Assembly (NCBI GenBank): GCA_038061225.1
Contig: JBBTZT010000002.1
Coordinates: 12,655-76,654 of the forward strand
Source: Patescibacteria group bacterium
GTDB taxonomy: Bacteria; Patescibacteriota; Microgenomatia; UBA8517
Direction of reading: 5' to 3'
Length of the DNA: 64,000 nucleotides
The notes under the pieces were generated by a model that ran no database searches, was not told the DNA's origin, and saw only the letters and a program-made list of their open reading frames with translations. Every line of letters begins with the position of its first letter. Position 1 is the first letter of the stretch. Below are positions 41,028-50,261 of this stretch, piece by piece. Made by a program: the position numbers and the translations under genes.

Positions 41028-41852
41028 TCTAGTATCTTCAGAAACCATTTTAATATTTAAACTATTTAATTCATTTGGCATAATTTGTTTTAAAATATCT
41101 AATCTAGAACCATGATTTGAATCAAATGACTGAAATATTGGAAGAATAGGTAAATTTAAATTTTTAGCTATAACAAAAGACCCTGTATGAAAAATATCTA
41201 GATCGTATGGATTACCATCGTTTCTTTTCCCTGAGGTACCTCCTTCAGGGTACATTATTATTAGTGAATTTGGTTCAGTACTAATTAAACTATTAATTTT
41301 AGATTGAAGCAACTTAGTTTTGCCTTCCCCTCTAGCAGGTATTGTTATGACACCGCTTTGATTTTGTATGTTCAAAAAAGGTTGAGGAAGTTCAATCGCG
41401 CATTCGTGGAGATTTAGTGATAATTTTTGTGCAATTAAACTAATTGGGGCTACTCTGACAGGAAAGGGCTCAATTTCTTCAAGTGGGTAATTATTTATAT
41501 TAATGATATTAGTTTTAATTCTTGAAATCTTGGCTGTTCCAAGATGATTTGTAATTACAATTAGTGGACCACTGTGTATTTCTAGCAGGTTGTCTATTCC
41601 ACTTTTAATTTCAGTTTTACCTTTACTACTTATTTCTTCAACCAAATCTAGATAAAGGTTTCTAACTGATAAGGTCGAGGGTGTTTTATTAATGCTATTT
41701 CTAAAAAATTCAACTTGTTTATTTTTAACAATTTCAAAAAACGATTTTGACCATTCAGTATTATTTATCAGATCAAGTTTTTCTCTAATAGCTTTTTCTC
41801 TTGGATCATCCTTATTAGGTTGGCCAATTAATCTATCGTCTTTCATTTCCAT
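40992..41852 (-). CDS. PlsC/LPLAT-fold acyltransferase-like protein
   Basis: PLIVITNH, YPEGG, FHTGSF..A....LPILP. Confidence 0.7.
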   Translation of the reverse strand: MEMKDDRLIGQPNKDDPREKAIREKLDLINNTEWSKSFFEIVKNKQVEFFRNSINKTPSTLSVRNLYLDLVEEISSKGKTEIKSGIDNLLEIHSGPLIVITNHLGTAKISRIKTNIININNYPLEEIEPFPVRVAPISLIAQKLSLNLHECAIELPQPFLNIQNQSGVITIPARGEGKTKLLQSKINSLISTEPNSLIIMYPEGGTSGKRNDGNPYDLDIFHTGSFVIAKNLNLPILPIFQSFDSNHGSRLDILKQIMPNELNSLNIKMVSEDTRSKMQSFSRKLT

Positions 41853-41922
41853 TTAAGTTTCTTGTTTTAACATTATACATGTTTTGTTTTACCAATAAAG
41901 TTTAAAATGCTATAATCAGAAT

Positions 41923-44028
41923 ATGTCTGAAATACCACTATCAGTTGAACCACAAAAAAACAGCAGAAGTTTTACAGAAATACAAGAGGATCTTTATTCA
42001 TTTAAAAATTCACCAAATCCTGAGAAAGAGAGAGAATTAAGAATAGAGAGAGCAAGACTTATAAATGAAGCTAAAGAAGTTGGAATTTTTGTTTCAATGA
42101 AACATCATCTTTTAGATATTCAAACAAACAATCCTTCAATAACAACATCTGCACCACTAATTAACTCAATTAATGTACAAAGGTTAGAAGATGAAGCAAA
42201 AGGCTTAAGTGGTTGGGATGATAAGTTTGATGGATTGCTTCAAGCTTATAAGGAGGGAGCTCTTAGAAATATGAGTCTTGCTTTTTTAAAAAAAACTAAC
42301 GGCAGTGTCTTAGAGGTGGCAGATATCGAAAAAGAAATTGATTTATTAAATTGGGGTACTCCACCGGCCTTGGTGAATTCAATGCCGATTCAGCCAGAAC
42401 TAGCTACACAAAATGGTGGAATGGATCCTCATGAATTTGCTCGTGCAATGGCGGAAGCACAGGGTTTACAGACACCAGAAAAATATTTACAGGATGCGTT
42501 GGATACAGAGGAATATTTAAAAACAGCCTTTCAAATCGTTCCCGGAGCTGAGCCAAGATTTTGGCCAATTCTTACAGAAGAACAAAAAGCAGAATGGCAA
42601 GTTAGAGCAACTTTATTAATTGCAGCTTATAAGAAAAACAATGCAGATGGCACTGATAAGTTATATATGGGAGAAAGAAAGGAAATGGCTGTTGATTTGG
42701 GAAAACTAGCGCAACAGAGAATTTTTAAGAAACCTGGGGTCTTAGCGACCGTTGGAGTATATGGAACAGTAATAGGTGATAAAAAATTCAGAGATTGGCA
42801 AAAATTAGAGGATGTCGAGTATGAAGAAGATGTCAAAAACAAGGATGGAAGTATTAGACACAAAAAGGGAGACATCAAACATAAAGGTCTTTATAATGCA
42901 GACGGCACTCCGTCCGATATAAATCTAAAGAAAGTTTTTTGCGAAGTATTAAAGAATGACGATATTAAAAAATCCTTGATAAATGATTATGGTAAGGATT
43001 TACTTCATAAATTATTAGCATCAGAGATTAAATTACAGGAAGGTTGTGCAGATAGTTTTTATCCGCACAAAGATAAAATACAAGGAACGCCAATTGACGA
43101 AAAGTCATTTAGAGAGACAAGAAAATCAGTAAGACATTGGTTATTAACGAAAGGACGAGATTTGTTGTTGTCTGAGGATGAATTAGCAAATAGAGATGAG
43201 TTTTTTGATACCAGATTTAGTTCAAAAGAAGACTTGTTTAAAGAAATGTCACTCCGTGCTCGCGAAGCAGAGCAGATTGCGTGGAATTATATCTATATAA
43301 CTGACTTAATCGAAAATTTTGATAGTCGAGAATATAGACCTGAAGGGACAGGAAGATTATTTCCAAGCTCTTTCTGGCAACTTTTTCAATGGGTTCCTAT
43401 GCATCCCCAAGAAAGATTTGAAGCTAAAATTAGAAGAGATCTAGATCCGAAAGAACATTGGTCATCCTTAGGTACTTGGGGAGTTTATCAAATTACCCAT
43501 GGAGGATTAAGAGATGAAAAAGGAAACTTTAAAGTACCTGATTCCTTAAAAGTTTTGCCAGACACTTTAATAAGAAGTCCTCTTTTACCACAAAGATTCA
43601 AAAAAGGAAAAGGTGAGGAGGAATCCCTTTTTACTATTTTTAATGGAATAGGCAACAATGTTTTATCAGGTGATATTTCGACTATTTCAAATACTGAATT
43701 GTTTAATAGAATTAATTGGGAAAAGATGGATGATGGTCCATTTGTACCATATGTTTACGATGAAATGAGATGGGCTGATGTTGTTACAAATGTATTTAAA
43801 AAAGGTGGGAAAAGAGAAAGTAAGGTTAGTGGAGAGGATTTGAGCGAGGCAGTATATAATCTTGGGCTTAACAGAAGACAGAGAGAATTACTGCTTTTAT
43901 CTTATTTGAATCGTGTAGGAATAGATCCAATGGCTAGTACATTAAAACCAGCAGTTAATTTAATTGCCTTTAAGGGCGCCATGGATGGTTTTTTACATGA
44001 TAATCCAAATTATTTTTACGGCGTTTAA
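41923..44028 (+). CDS. large soluble hypothetical protein
   Basis: 701-aa ORF, TGCTATAAT 6 nt upstream, no recognisable motif. Confidence 0.75.
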   Translation: MSEIPLSVEPQKNSRSFTEIQEDLYSFKNSPNPEKERELRIERARLINEAKEVGIFVSMKHHLLDIQTNNPSITTSAPLINSINVQRLEDEAKGLSGWDDKFDGLLQAYKEGALRNMSLAFLKKTNGSVLEVADIEKEIDLLNWGTPPALVNSMPIQPELATQNGGMDPHEFARAMAEAQGLQTPEKYLQDALDTEEYLKTAFQIVPGAEPRFWPILTEEQKAEWQVRATLLIAAYKKNNADGTDKLYMGERKEMAVDLGKLAQQRIFKKPGVLATVGVYGTVIGDKKFRDWQKLEDVEYEEDVKNKDGSIRHKKGDIKHKGLYNADGTPSDINLKKVFCEVLKNDDIKKSLINDYGKDLLHKLLASEIKLQEGCADSFYPHKDKIQGTPIDEKSFRETRKSVRHWLLTKGRDLLLSEDELANRDEFFDTRFSSKEDLFKEMSLRAREAEQIAWNYIYITDLIENFDSREYRPEGTGRLFPSSFWQLFQWVPMHPQERFEAKIRRDLDPKEHWSSLGTWGVYQITHGGLRDEKGNFKVPDSLKVLPDTLIRSPLLPQRFKKGKGEEESLFTIFNGIGNNVLSGDISTISNTELFNRINWEKMDDGPFVPYVYDEMRWADVVTNVFKKGGKRESKVSGEDLSEAVYNLGLNRRQRELLLLSYLNRVGIDPMASTLKPAVNLIAFKGAMDGFLHDNPNYFYGV

Positions 44029-44043
44029 GATAATATTACAAGA

Positions 44044-45579
44044 CTAATGTTTAGATAGAAGGGATTTGAGTGATTGTAGAAAAGTAGAAGTCTGATAAGC
44101 GGCTTGGTTCTCAGTTCGATAATTTTCATATGTATCAATTCCTTTTGATGCACCGAGCTTACCAAGTGCAACAATAGATCCAACTGTTTCTCCAATTGAG
44201 CTCCCATAAGCAAAAGGCTTTCCTGTTATCAATCCTTGTATAATTTCTACTACTTTAGTAGCTTGACTGAAAATAACAAAACTTACAACAATCCAGATAA
44301 TATTATCTGTATATATTTCACCTAGAAAGGGTATTGGCCATGCATTGTTACCAATAATATCATGTTTTGGGTTTCCGAATATAGTTTTAGCAGTAATACC
44401 TGACATAAAACCTGACGACCCTTGTACCAAGAAAAAGAATGAAAAAAAGAATATCATTCCAAGTAATGGATAAACAGCCAGATATGATATCAGCTTTTTA
44501 AGCCAGCCTCCGAAGGTTGACTTTCCCGTAAAAGCACCCATTAATATTTCAAGTGGTCCGATCGCAATTGTTAGTACAACCATAGCAAAATTTTTAAGAA
44601 TAACATAAATAATTTTTATCGACCAAAATATTATAAATAAAATTGAGAGGAAGGCAAATATAATTAATAGCAAAGAGATTTCAAAGGAGGATGTAAATAA
44701 TGTAAGAAATGCATTATAAAAAAAGGCGACCCAATAGGAATACATTAATCCAAAAGCGCTATGGTTTGTTGTAAGTTCATCAAATAAATCTTTGAAATCG
44801 TGGCCGCTAAAACCACTAGTTATCAATAAACTTGTAATGAGCCCTATCACAACATACATCAAATCAATTGCAAAACCTGCAATTGCGTAAGAAAAAGTAA
44901 TTAATATGGTTGTAAAGATTATATTTGGTAAGGCTGATTGAACTGAAATTACCAATTGAGGAGAAATTTTCATCCTAAACATTATCATAAAAGAAATAAC
45001 TATAACTGCCAAGACAAGTAAAGCGTAACTAATATCCCTAGTGGCCTGCCACAGTTTTTTGATAGAATCTGCACCAGTATTAAATCCAAAACCCTGTGCA
45101 TTGACTTCGGTAACGGGGTTAAATTTATTAATCAGATTTTTTACATAGCCAATACCGGATATTGGATTTTGGCCAATTGCGTTTAAAACTGGATTATTTG
45201 AAGCTATGTTTTGAGTAGAAGTGTCTGTAAGTGCATCGAGTGTTTCCTTAACACTTTTAAGACAATCAAGAGTTGGATGTTTTCCTATAAGACAAGTAGC
45301 TGTTTTAGGGTTTCCTGGAACTAAATTTAACACCATTGAAAATAAAGAATAAAAAATCCACTGTACTTGAGCTGCAGTGTATCTTTCTCCAAAAATTTCA
45401 CTTGGTGGAGAAGATTCATCATCATATACTTTTAAATACCAATCGAAAGGGCCTTGGTTGTACCAAGTGCTTGGGGCGGGGTCTGCTGCAAGGGCAACTG
45501 CAAAAGGCATGGCCATAGAATTAAGAAATAATAATGAAGAGAGAAGAATTAAACTGATTTTTTTGGTTAAATTTGACAT
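44044..45579 (-). CDS. VirB6/TrbL-like polytopic membrane protein
   Basis: Signal-like N-terminus, W..RDISY..., ALP..I...ILITFSYAIAG..ID, GPL; T4SS context. Confidence 0.65.
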   Translation of the reverse strand: MSNLTKKISLILLSSLLFLNSMAMPFAVALAADPAPSTWYNQGPFDWYLKVYDDESSPPSEIFGERYTAAQVQWIFYSLFSMVLNLVPGNPKTATCLIGKHPTLDCLKSVKETLDALTDTSTQNIASNNPVLNAIGQNPISGIGYVKNLINKFNPVTEVNAQGFGFNTGADSIKKLWQATRDISYALLVLAVIVISFMIMFRMKISPQLVISVQSALPNIIFTTILITFSYAIAGFAIDLMYVVIGLITSLLITSGFSGHDFKDLFDELTTNHSAFGLMYSYWVAFFYNAFLTLFTSSFEISLLLIIFAFLSILFIIFWSIKIIYVILKNFAMVVLTIAIGPLEILMGAFTGKSTFGGWLKKLISYLAVYPLLGMIFFFSFFFLVQGSSGFMSGITAKTIFGNPKHDIIGNNAWPIPFLGEIYTDNIIWIVVSFVIFSQATKVVEIIQGLITGKPFAYGSSIGETVGSIVALGKLGASKGIDTYENYRTENQAAYQTSTFLQSLKSLLSKH

Positions 45580-45617
45580 TTGTATGTATTTATATTATCA
45601 TAATAATCAAATTGGCG

Positions 45618-46124
45618 TTAGCCACGACCTTCTTGCTTAGGCAGGAAGGGTAAAATAAAAAATTTAGAAATTTCTTCATTAACTTTCAGAAAATCTCCAT
45701 CATCAATTACAGCTAATTTGTACCAAATTCGTTTGCTACTAAAAACTCTAATCTGCGAAGTCATTGCTGAGACGATTTCGTCTTTGACTGAAATTCGAAT
45801 ATAATATTTGTTATCTTTTAGTTTTGTACTCAATGGTACGCCTAAAAACAATTCTCTGTTGAACTTTTTGACTACTAAAACAGGACGAATAAATATATCG
45901 TTCTTTCCATCTTCTTCAAAACCAACATTTACACCAATTGATGTCCACCATATATCGCGTTCGTTAAATTGTGGAGAAGCAGTAACTTTATTGTTTATTT
46001 CCTTTTTCTTTTCTATCCATTTATCAAAGTTCTTAACATGAATATTATTAGACGAAGTAAGTACAGATTGAGAAGCGATTTTAGCAATTGAATCTTCTAT
46101 CGTTTTATCTATTTTGGCAGGCAT
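45618..46124 (-). CDS. PemK/MazF family toxin
   Basis: DIWWTSIGVNVGFEEDGK...RPVLVVK..GVPLST, SQIRVFS.KR. Confidence 0.85.
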   Translation of the reverse strand: MPAKIDKTIEDSIAKIASQSVLTSSNNIHVKNFDKWIEKKKEINNKVTASPQFNERDIWWTSIGVNVGFEEDGKNDIFIRPVLVVKKFNRELFLGVPLSTKLKDNKYYIRISVKDEIVSAMTSQIRVFSSKRIWYKLAVIDDGDFLKVNEEISKFFILPFLPKQEGRG

Positions 46125-46156
46125 GAAGAAATTATAACATTTATATTCTGAGAATA

Positions 46157-46378
46157 TTAGCCAAAGATTTCAGATGGGGGGGATTCGTCGCCGTAGACCT
46201 TTGCATACCAATCAGTAAAACCTTGGTTGTACCAAGTGCTTGGGGCGGGGTCTGCTGCAAGGGCAACTGCAAATGGCATGAAGAGGGAATTTAAAAACAG
46301 TAAGGTGGAAAGAAAAATTAAGCAAAGCTTGCCACTTCGTGGTAAACTGATTTTTTTGGTTAAGCTTGACAAGTTCAT
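46157..46378 (-). pseudogene. 5' fragment duplicating the N-terminus of the VirB6-like gene
   Basis: MPFAVALAADPAPSTWYNQG shared; 53 nt identical (46221-46273 = 45452-45504). Confidence 0.85.
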
Positions 46379-46409
46379 GATTTATTATATGATATCTTTA
46401 TCGCTATTA

Positions 46410-46436
46410 CCTCGGGGAAACCCGAGGCTTTTTTTG
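46410..46436 (+). terminator. intrinsic terminator-like hairpin
   Basis: CCTCGGG-GAAA-CCCGAGG followed by a T-tract. Confidence 0.65.
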
Positions 46437-46531
46437 TTTTTTAATTTTGAAAATAGATTTTCCATTTGAGTAATGTTTAACATAAATACAATTTAATCAT
46501 ATCATATATTCAAATTGGCACTAGCCACGGG

Positions 46532-47497
46532 TTAAACTTCACTGATTACATCAAAGCCTTTAAAACTCCCAACTATTGCTAAACCATAAATTTTCCCTGT
46601 GCAAATTCCTCTTCTTTTGATTTGTAAAGCCGTTTCGTTTAGGGTTGATCCTGAACCTACCGCATCATCAATCAAAAGTATGTTTTTGTGTTTATTGTTG
46701 TCGTCAACAATGATGGTATTTCTTGCATTTTGTATTCTATCTTCTATCTTGGTTAGTGTTTTTTGGGGAACAGCCACGTCTGTTTTTGCCTTTGTGATAG
46801 ATATTAGTTTTGAATCTAAATTTAAATGTTTTTGAATAACCTTCATTAATTGGAACTCTCTTTTAACAGTTGGAGGGATAAACCCAACACTAGTAATCTT
46901 ATTTTTTTTGATTAATTTAATAATTTTAGACTTTATTTGTAGAGAGATCTCTTTCATAAGTTTTTTGTTTTGGCTTTGTTTAGCATACAAAAGTAGTTGT
47001 CCGAGTTTTGTTTTTCCAAATTTCTCGATTGAATAAAAATCCAGATAATACACACTGTCAAGACCAATTGTAGAAAATGTATTTACTAATTTAAGTGTTC
47101 CGTCAATAAAATCATTCTTTTTGTATTTTTTATATATATTAAATGTTTTTATGTATTCTAATGCGGTCTTTTCAATTGGTTGTTTAGTTTTGTTGCACCA
47201 TGCAACAAAACCACTTACTCCATCAACTTTTTCTCCATCAGGTGAAATATATAAATAATTTTTATTGACAAAATCAGAGACCTTTTTTTTTAAATCGTAG
47301 CTTTGAATACTTTTTTCTCTAGAAATATAGTAGAAAACTTTTGGGGGTATACCAATTTTTGAAACAATTCCTCGTTTTAGCAATGTAGATAATTGCTTCC
47401 TTACAGCTCTATCAGTTATATCGAAAACATCAGAAAGTTCTTTTCCTGTAACTTTTTCGTGCTTGTTTAGATACTCAATTAATAAATTCATAGCCAT
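46532..47497 (-). CDS. wHTH + phosphoribosyltransferase-domain protein
   Basis: N-terminal ELSDVFDITDRAVRKQL; C-terminal LLIDDAVGSGSTL. Confidence 0.8.
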   Translation of the reverse strand: MAMNLLIEYLNKHEKVTGKELSDVFDITDRAVRKQLSTLLKRGIVSKIGIPPKVFYYISREKSIQSYDLKKKVSDFVNKNYLYISPDGEKVDGVSGFVAWCNKTKQPIEKTALEYIKTFNIYKKYKKNDFIDGTLKLVNTFSTIGLDSVYYLDFYSIEKFGKTKLGQLLLYAKQSQNKKLMKEISLQIKSKIIKLIKKNKITSVGFIPPTVKREFQLMKVIQKHLNLDSKLISITKAKTDVAVPQKTLTKIEDRIQNARNTIIVDDNNKHKNILLIDDAVGSGSTLNETALQIKRRGICTGKIYGLAIVGSFKGFDVISEV

Positions 47498-47506
47498 ATT
47501 GTATAT

Positions 47507-47548
47507 AGTTCCTAGTTCCTAGTGTACTAGGAACTGTAAATTTGTCAA
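47507..47548 (-). promoter_or_regulatory. promoter with palindromic operator
   Basis: TTGACA-16-TACACT on minus; AGTTCCTAG-TGTA-CTAGGAACT centred on the -10 plus an extra AGTTCCTAG half site. Confidence 0.65.
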
Positions 47549-47589
47549 GACCTTGTAATCAAAAACTGTTTGTAGCATACTTTTGTTTA

Positions 47590-49131
47590 GTGTTAACTAA
47601 AATTCTATCCGCTTCACATTTTGGTTTGGAACCAAATTTAATAGAAGTTGAAGTAAATGTTTTTAAAAAAGGATTTCCTGGATTTTCGATAATTGGCCTT
47701 CCTAATAAATCAATTGAAGAGGCAAAAGAAAGAGTAAAAACTGCGCTATTAAATTCTAATATCAATTTTCCAAATCAAAAAATTGTAGTAAATTTAGCTC
47801 CCGCCGATATCCCTAAAGAAGGATCTTTGTATGATTTACCTATCGCTATTGGAATTTTAGCTTCTATGGAACTTATCAAATTGCCAACGGAAAAATCATT
47901 TTTTTACGGTGAATTATCATTGGATGGAGGCCTTCGTCATACCAAAGGGGTTTTTCTTTTAGGACTCGCTGCAAAACAAAAAGGAATCAAAAATATTTTT
48001 GTACCATCAGATTCTGCCAACGAAGCCGCTGTTTTATCAAGTATTGATGTTTACCCTGTTTTTTCTTTAAAAGAATTAATTGCACATCTAAATGGTGTAA
48101 AGAAAATAGAAAAATTATCCTACTCCGCCAAAGGCTTCGCGGGACCACATTCAGAAGATCTGAATGTGGAGTTTGATTTCTCAGAGATAATTGGTCAAGA
48201 GTCAGCCAAAAGGGCAATGACAATTGCTGCTGCAGGAGGTCATAATATTTTTTTAATTGGAACACCAGGGGCTGGAAAAACAATGCTTGCAAGAGCTACA
48301 GCGGGCATTTTACCGCCACTAAATGAAGAAGAGGCTTTGGAGGTTACCAAAATTTATTCTGTATCTGGATTAATTCCTGCAGGTGAGGGGTTAATTAGAA
48401 GTAGGCCTTTTAGAACAGCACACCACACAACAAGCCTTATTGGTTTAATAGGAGGTGGAACAAATCCTCATCCTGGAGAAATTTCACTTGCTCACAATGG
48501 TGTTTTATTTCTGGATGAATTTCCAGAATTTTCAAGGGGAACACTTGAGGCTTTGAGGCAACCTTTAGAAGATAGAAAAGTTTCCATAACCAGAATTGCA
48601 GGAAGCGCAGAATTTCCCGCTAGCTTTATGTTAATCGCAGCTGCAAATCCCTGTCCCTGTGGATATCTAGGAGATCCAAAAAGAGAATGTAAATGCACAC
48701 CAAGAATGGTTATGAATTATCAATCAAGACTTTCTGGCCCTTTAATGGATAGAATTGATTTACATTTAAATGTTCCAGCGGTGGATGTTAATAAACTTAT
48801 GACTAATAACTCATCACTCGTAACCCGTAACTCCAAAACAATTCGTGAACAAGTAATTAAGGCAAGAAATATACAAAATAAAAGGTTTAAAGGATTATCA
48901 GTTTTTGTAAATGCCAATATGAAAAATAAACATATTAAAGAATTTGTAGAAATAACACCTGAATCACTACTTTTACTTAAGCAAGCAGTAAATACATATA
49001 ATTTATCTGCTAGAACTTATTTTAGATTAATTAAAGTAGGTCAAACAATTGCAGACTTGGCAGATTCCACGAGTATACTTCCAAATCATGTCGCCGAAGC
49101 ACTTCAATACAGAGTAAGAACAAATGACTAA
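47590..49131 (+). CDS. comM: ComM/YifB Mg-chelatase-like AAA+ helicase
   Basis: VNLAPAD, GELSLDG, GTPGAGKT, LFLDEFPEF, NPCPCG; GTG start inferred. Confidence 0.93.
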   Translation: MLTKILSASHFGLEPNLIEVEVNVFKKGFPGFSIIGLPNKSIEEAKERVKTALLNSNINFPNQKIVVNLAPADIPKEGSLYDLPIAIGILASMELIKLPTEKSFFYGELSLDGGLRHTKGVFLLGLAAKQKGIKNIFVPSDSANEAAVLSSIDVYPVFSLKELIAHLNGVKKIEKLSYSAKGFAGPHSEDLNVEFDFSEIIGQESAKRAMTIAAAGGHNIFLIGTPGAGKTMLARATAGILPPLNEEEALEVTKIYSVSGLIPAGEGLIRSRPFRTAHHTTSLIGLIGGGTNPHPGEISLAHNGVLFLDEFPEFSRGTLEALRQPLEDRKVSITRIAGSAEFPASFMLIAAANPCPCGYLGDPKRECKCTPRMVMNYQSRLSGPLMDRIDLHLNVPAVDVNKLMTNNSSLVTRNSKTIREQVIKARNIQNKRFKGLSVFVNANMKNKHIKEFVEITPESLLLLKQAVNTYNLSARTYFRLIKVGQTIADLADSTSILPNHVAEALQYRVRTND

Positions 49132-49489
49132 GCAATTTAACAGAATTAAAGGAAAAGATGGAGAGGAGATGGCTGCAAAGTGGTTGAAAGATCGAGGATA
49201 TAAGATTATAGATAAAAACAATTCAACAAAATTCGGAGAATTAGATATTATTGCTAGTAAAAACGATATATTAATTTTTGTTGAAGTAAAATTTAAACAA
49301 ACAGAAAACTTTGGAACGCCTGAAGAAATGATTGGAAAAAATAAATTAATGCAGGTTAGAAGAACGGCAGAATTATATTTATTAAATAACCCTGATATTG
49401 CAAAATTTTATGATAGATATCAAATAGATGCAGTTTGTATAGTAGAGGATACGGGTAGAATATCACATTATGAAAATCTTACATTTTAG
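49124..49489 (+). CDS. YraN family nuclease
   Basis: G..GEEMA, GELDIIA, FVEVK. Confidence 0.92.
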   Translation: MTKQFNRIKGKDGEEMAAKWLKDRGYKIIDKNNSTKFGELDIIASKNDILIFVEVKFKQTENFGTPEEMIGKNKLMQVRRTAELYLLNNPDIAKFYDRYQIDAVCIVEDTGRISHYENLTF

Positions 49490-50261
49490 AGGAGTAGATC
49501 CTAATTCTATTAACAAAAAGTCTATTGCAGTTGTTGGTAGTCGTCAAATGACAAGGTATGGTAGAGATGTGGTTGATAAATTCGTGTGCGATTTTGTTGC
49601 TAATGGAGTAACAACAATCTCTGGTTTTATGTATGGCGTGGATACTGAAGTTGCAAAGAAAACACTTGAATATGGAGGAAAACACATTGCAATTTTTGGC
49701 TGTGGTCTGGACCATATTTATCCACCTGAAAACAAAAAGTTATATGAAGAGATTTTAAAAAGTGGAGGATCAATTGTTTCTGAGTATGAAGATTCGGCAA
49801 AACCAAGTATCTGGAAATTCCCACAAAGAAACAAAATTGTAGCTAGCCTCGCCTCACTTGGGGTTCTTGTTATTGAGGCGGGTAGCGGGAGTGGATCACT
49901 TGTAACTGCCAAAATTGCAAAAAAAATGGGCAAGAAAGTTTGGGCAGTACCTGGGCCTATAAATTCAAGAGTTTCTGTTGGATGTAATGAATTAATAAAA
50001 TCAGGCGACGCCCAAATGGCCATTTGTGTGAGAGATATTATTAAGATTAAAACTACAGAAATTCAGAACTCAAGAATTCCAGATAATCTAAATACAGAAG
50101 AACAAAAAATATTTAAAATACTTCAACTAGAGCCTATGGAAATTGATGAGATTGCACAGAAATTAGAAGAAAATGTTGTAGAAGTTGGATCTACACTATC
50201 AATAATGGGGATTAAAGGGTTAGTTACGGAGAGTGGCGGAAAATATTTTTTAGTACGGTAG
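49470..50261 (+). CDS. dprA: DNA-processing protein DprA (no N-terminal SAM domain)
   Basis: AVVGSR, ISGFMYGVD, FPQRN, SGSLVTA, C-terminal wHTH. Confidence 0.92.
   Translation: MKILHFRGVDPNSINKKSIAVVGSRQMTRYGRDVVDKFVCDFVANGVTTISGFMYGVDTEVAKKTLEYGGKHIAIFGCGLDHIYPPENKKLYEEILKSGGSIVSEYEDSAKPSIWKFPQRNKIVASLASLGVLVIEAGSGSGSLVTAKIAKKMGKKVWAVPGPINSRVSVGCNELIKSGDAQMAICVRDIIKIKTTEIQNSRIPDNLNTEEQKIFKILQLEPMEIDEIAQKLEENVVEVGSTLSIMGIKGLVTESGGKYFLVR

Noticed and set aside
45389-46378. DGR template/variable repeat pair
   Set aside because: Mismatches are not confined to adenines, are mostly synonymous, lie at a gene 5' end, and no reverse transcriptase is in the window
45609-46530. Integron attC sites after cargo genes
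   Set aside because: No RYYYAAC...GTTRRRY boxes, stems too short, no integrase
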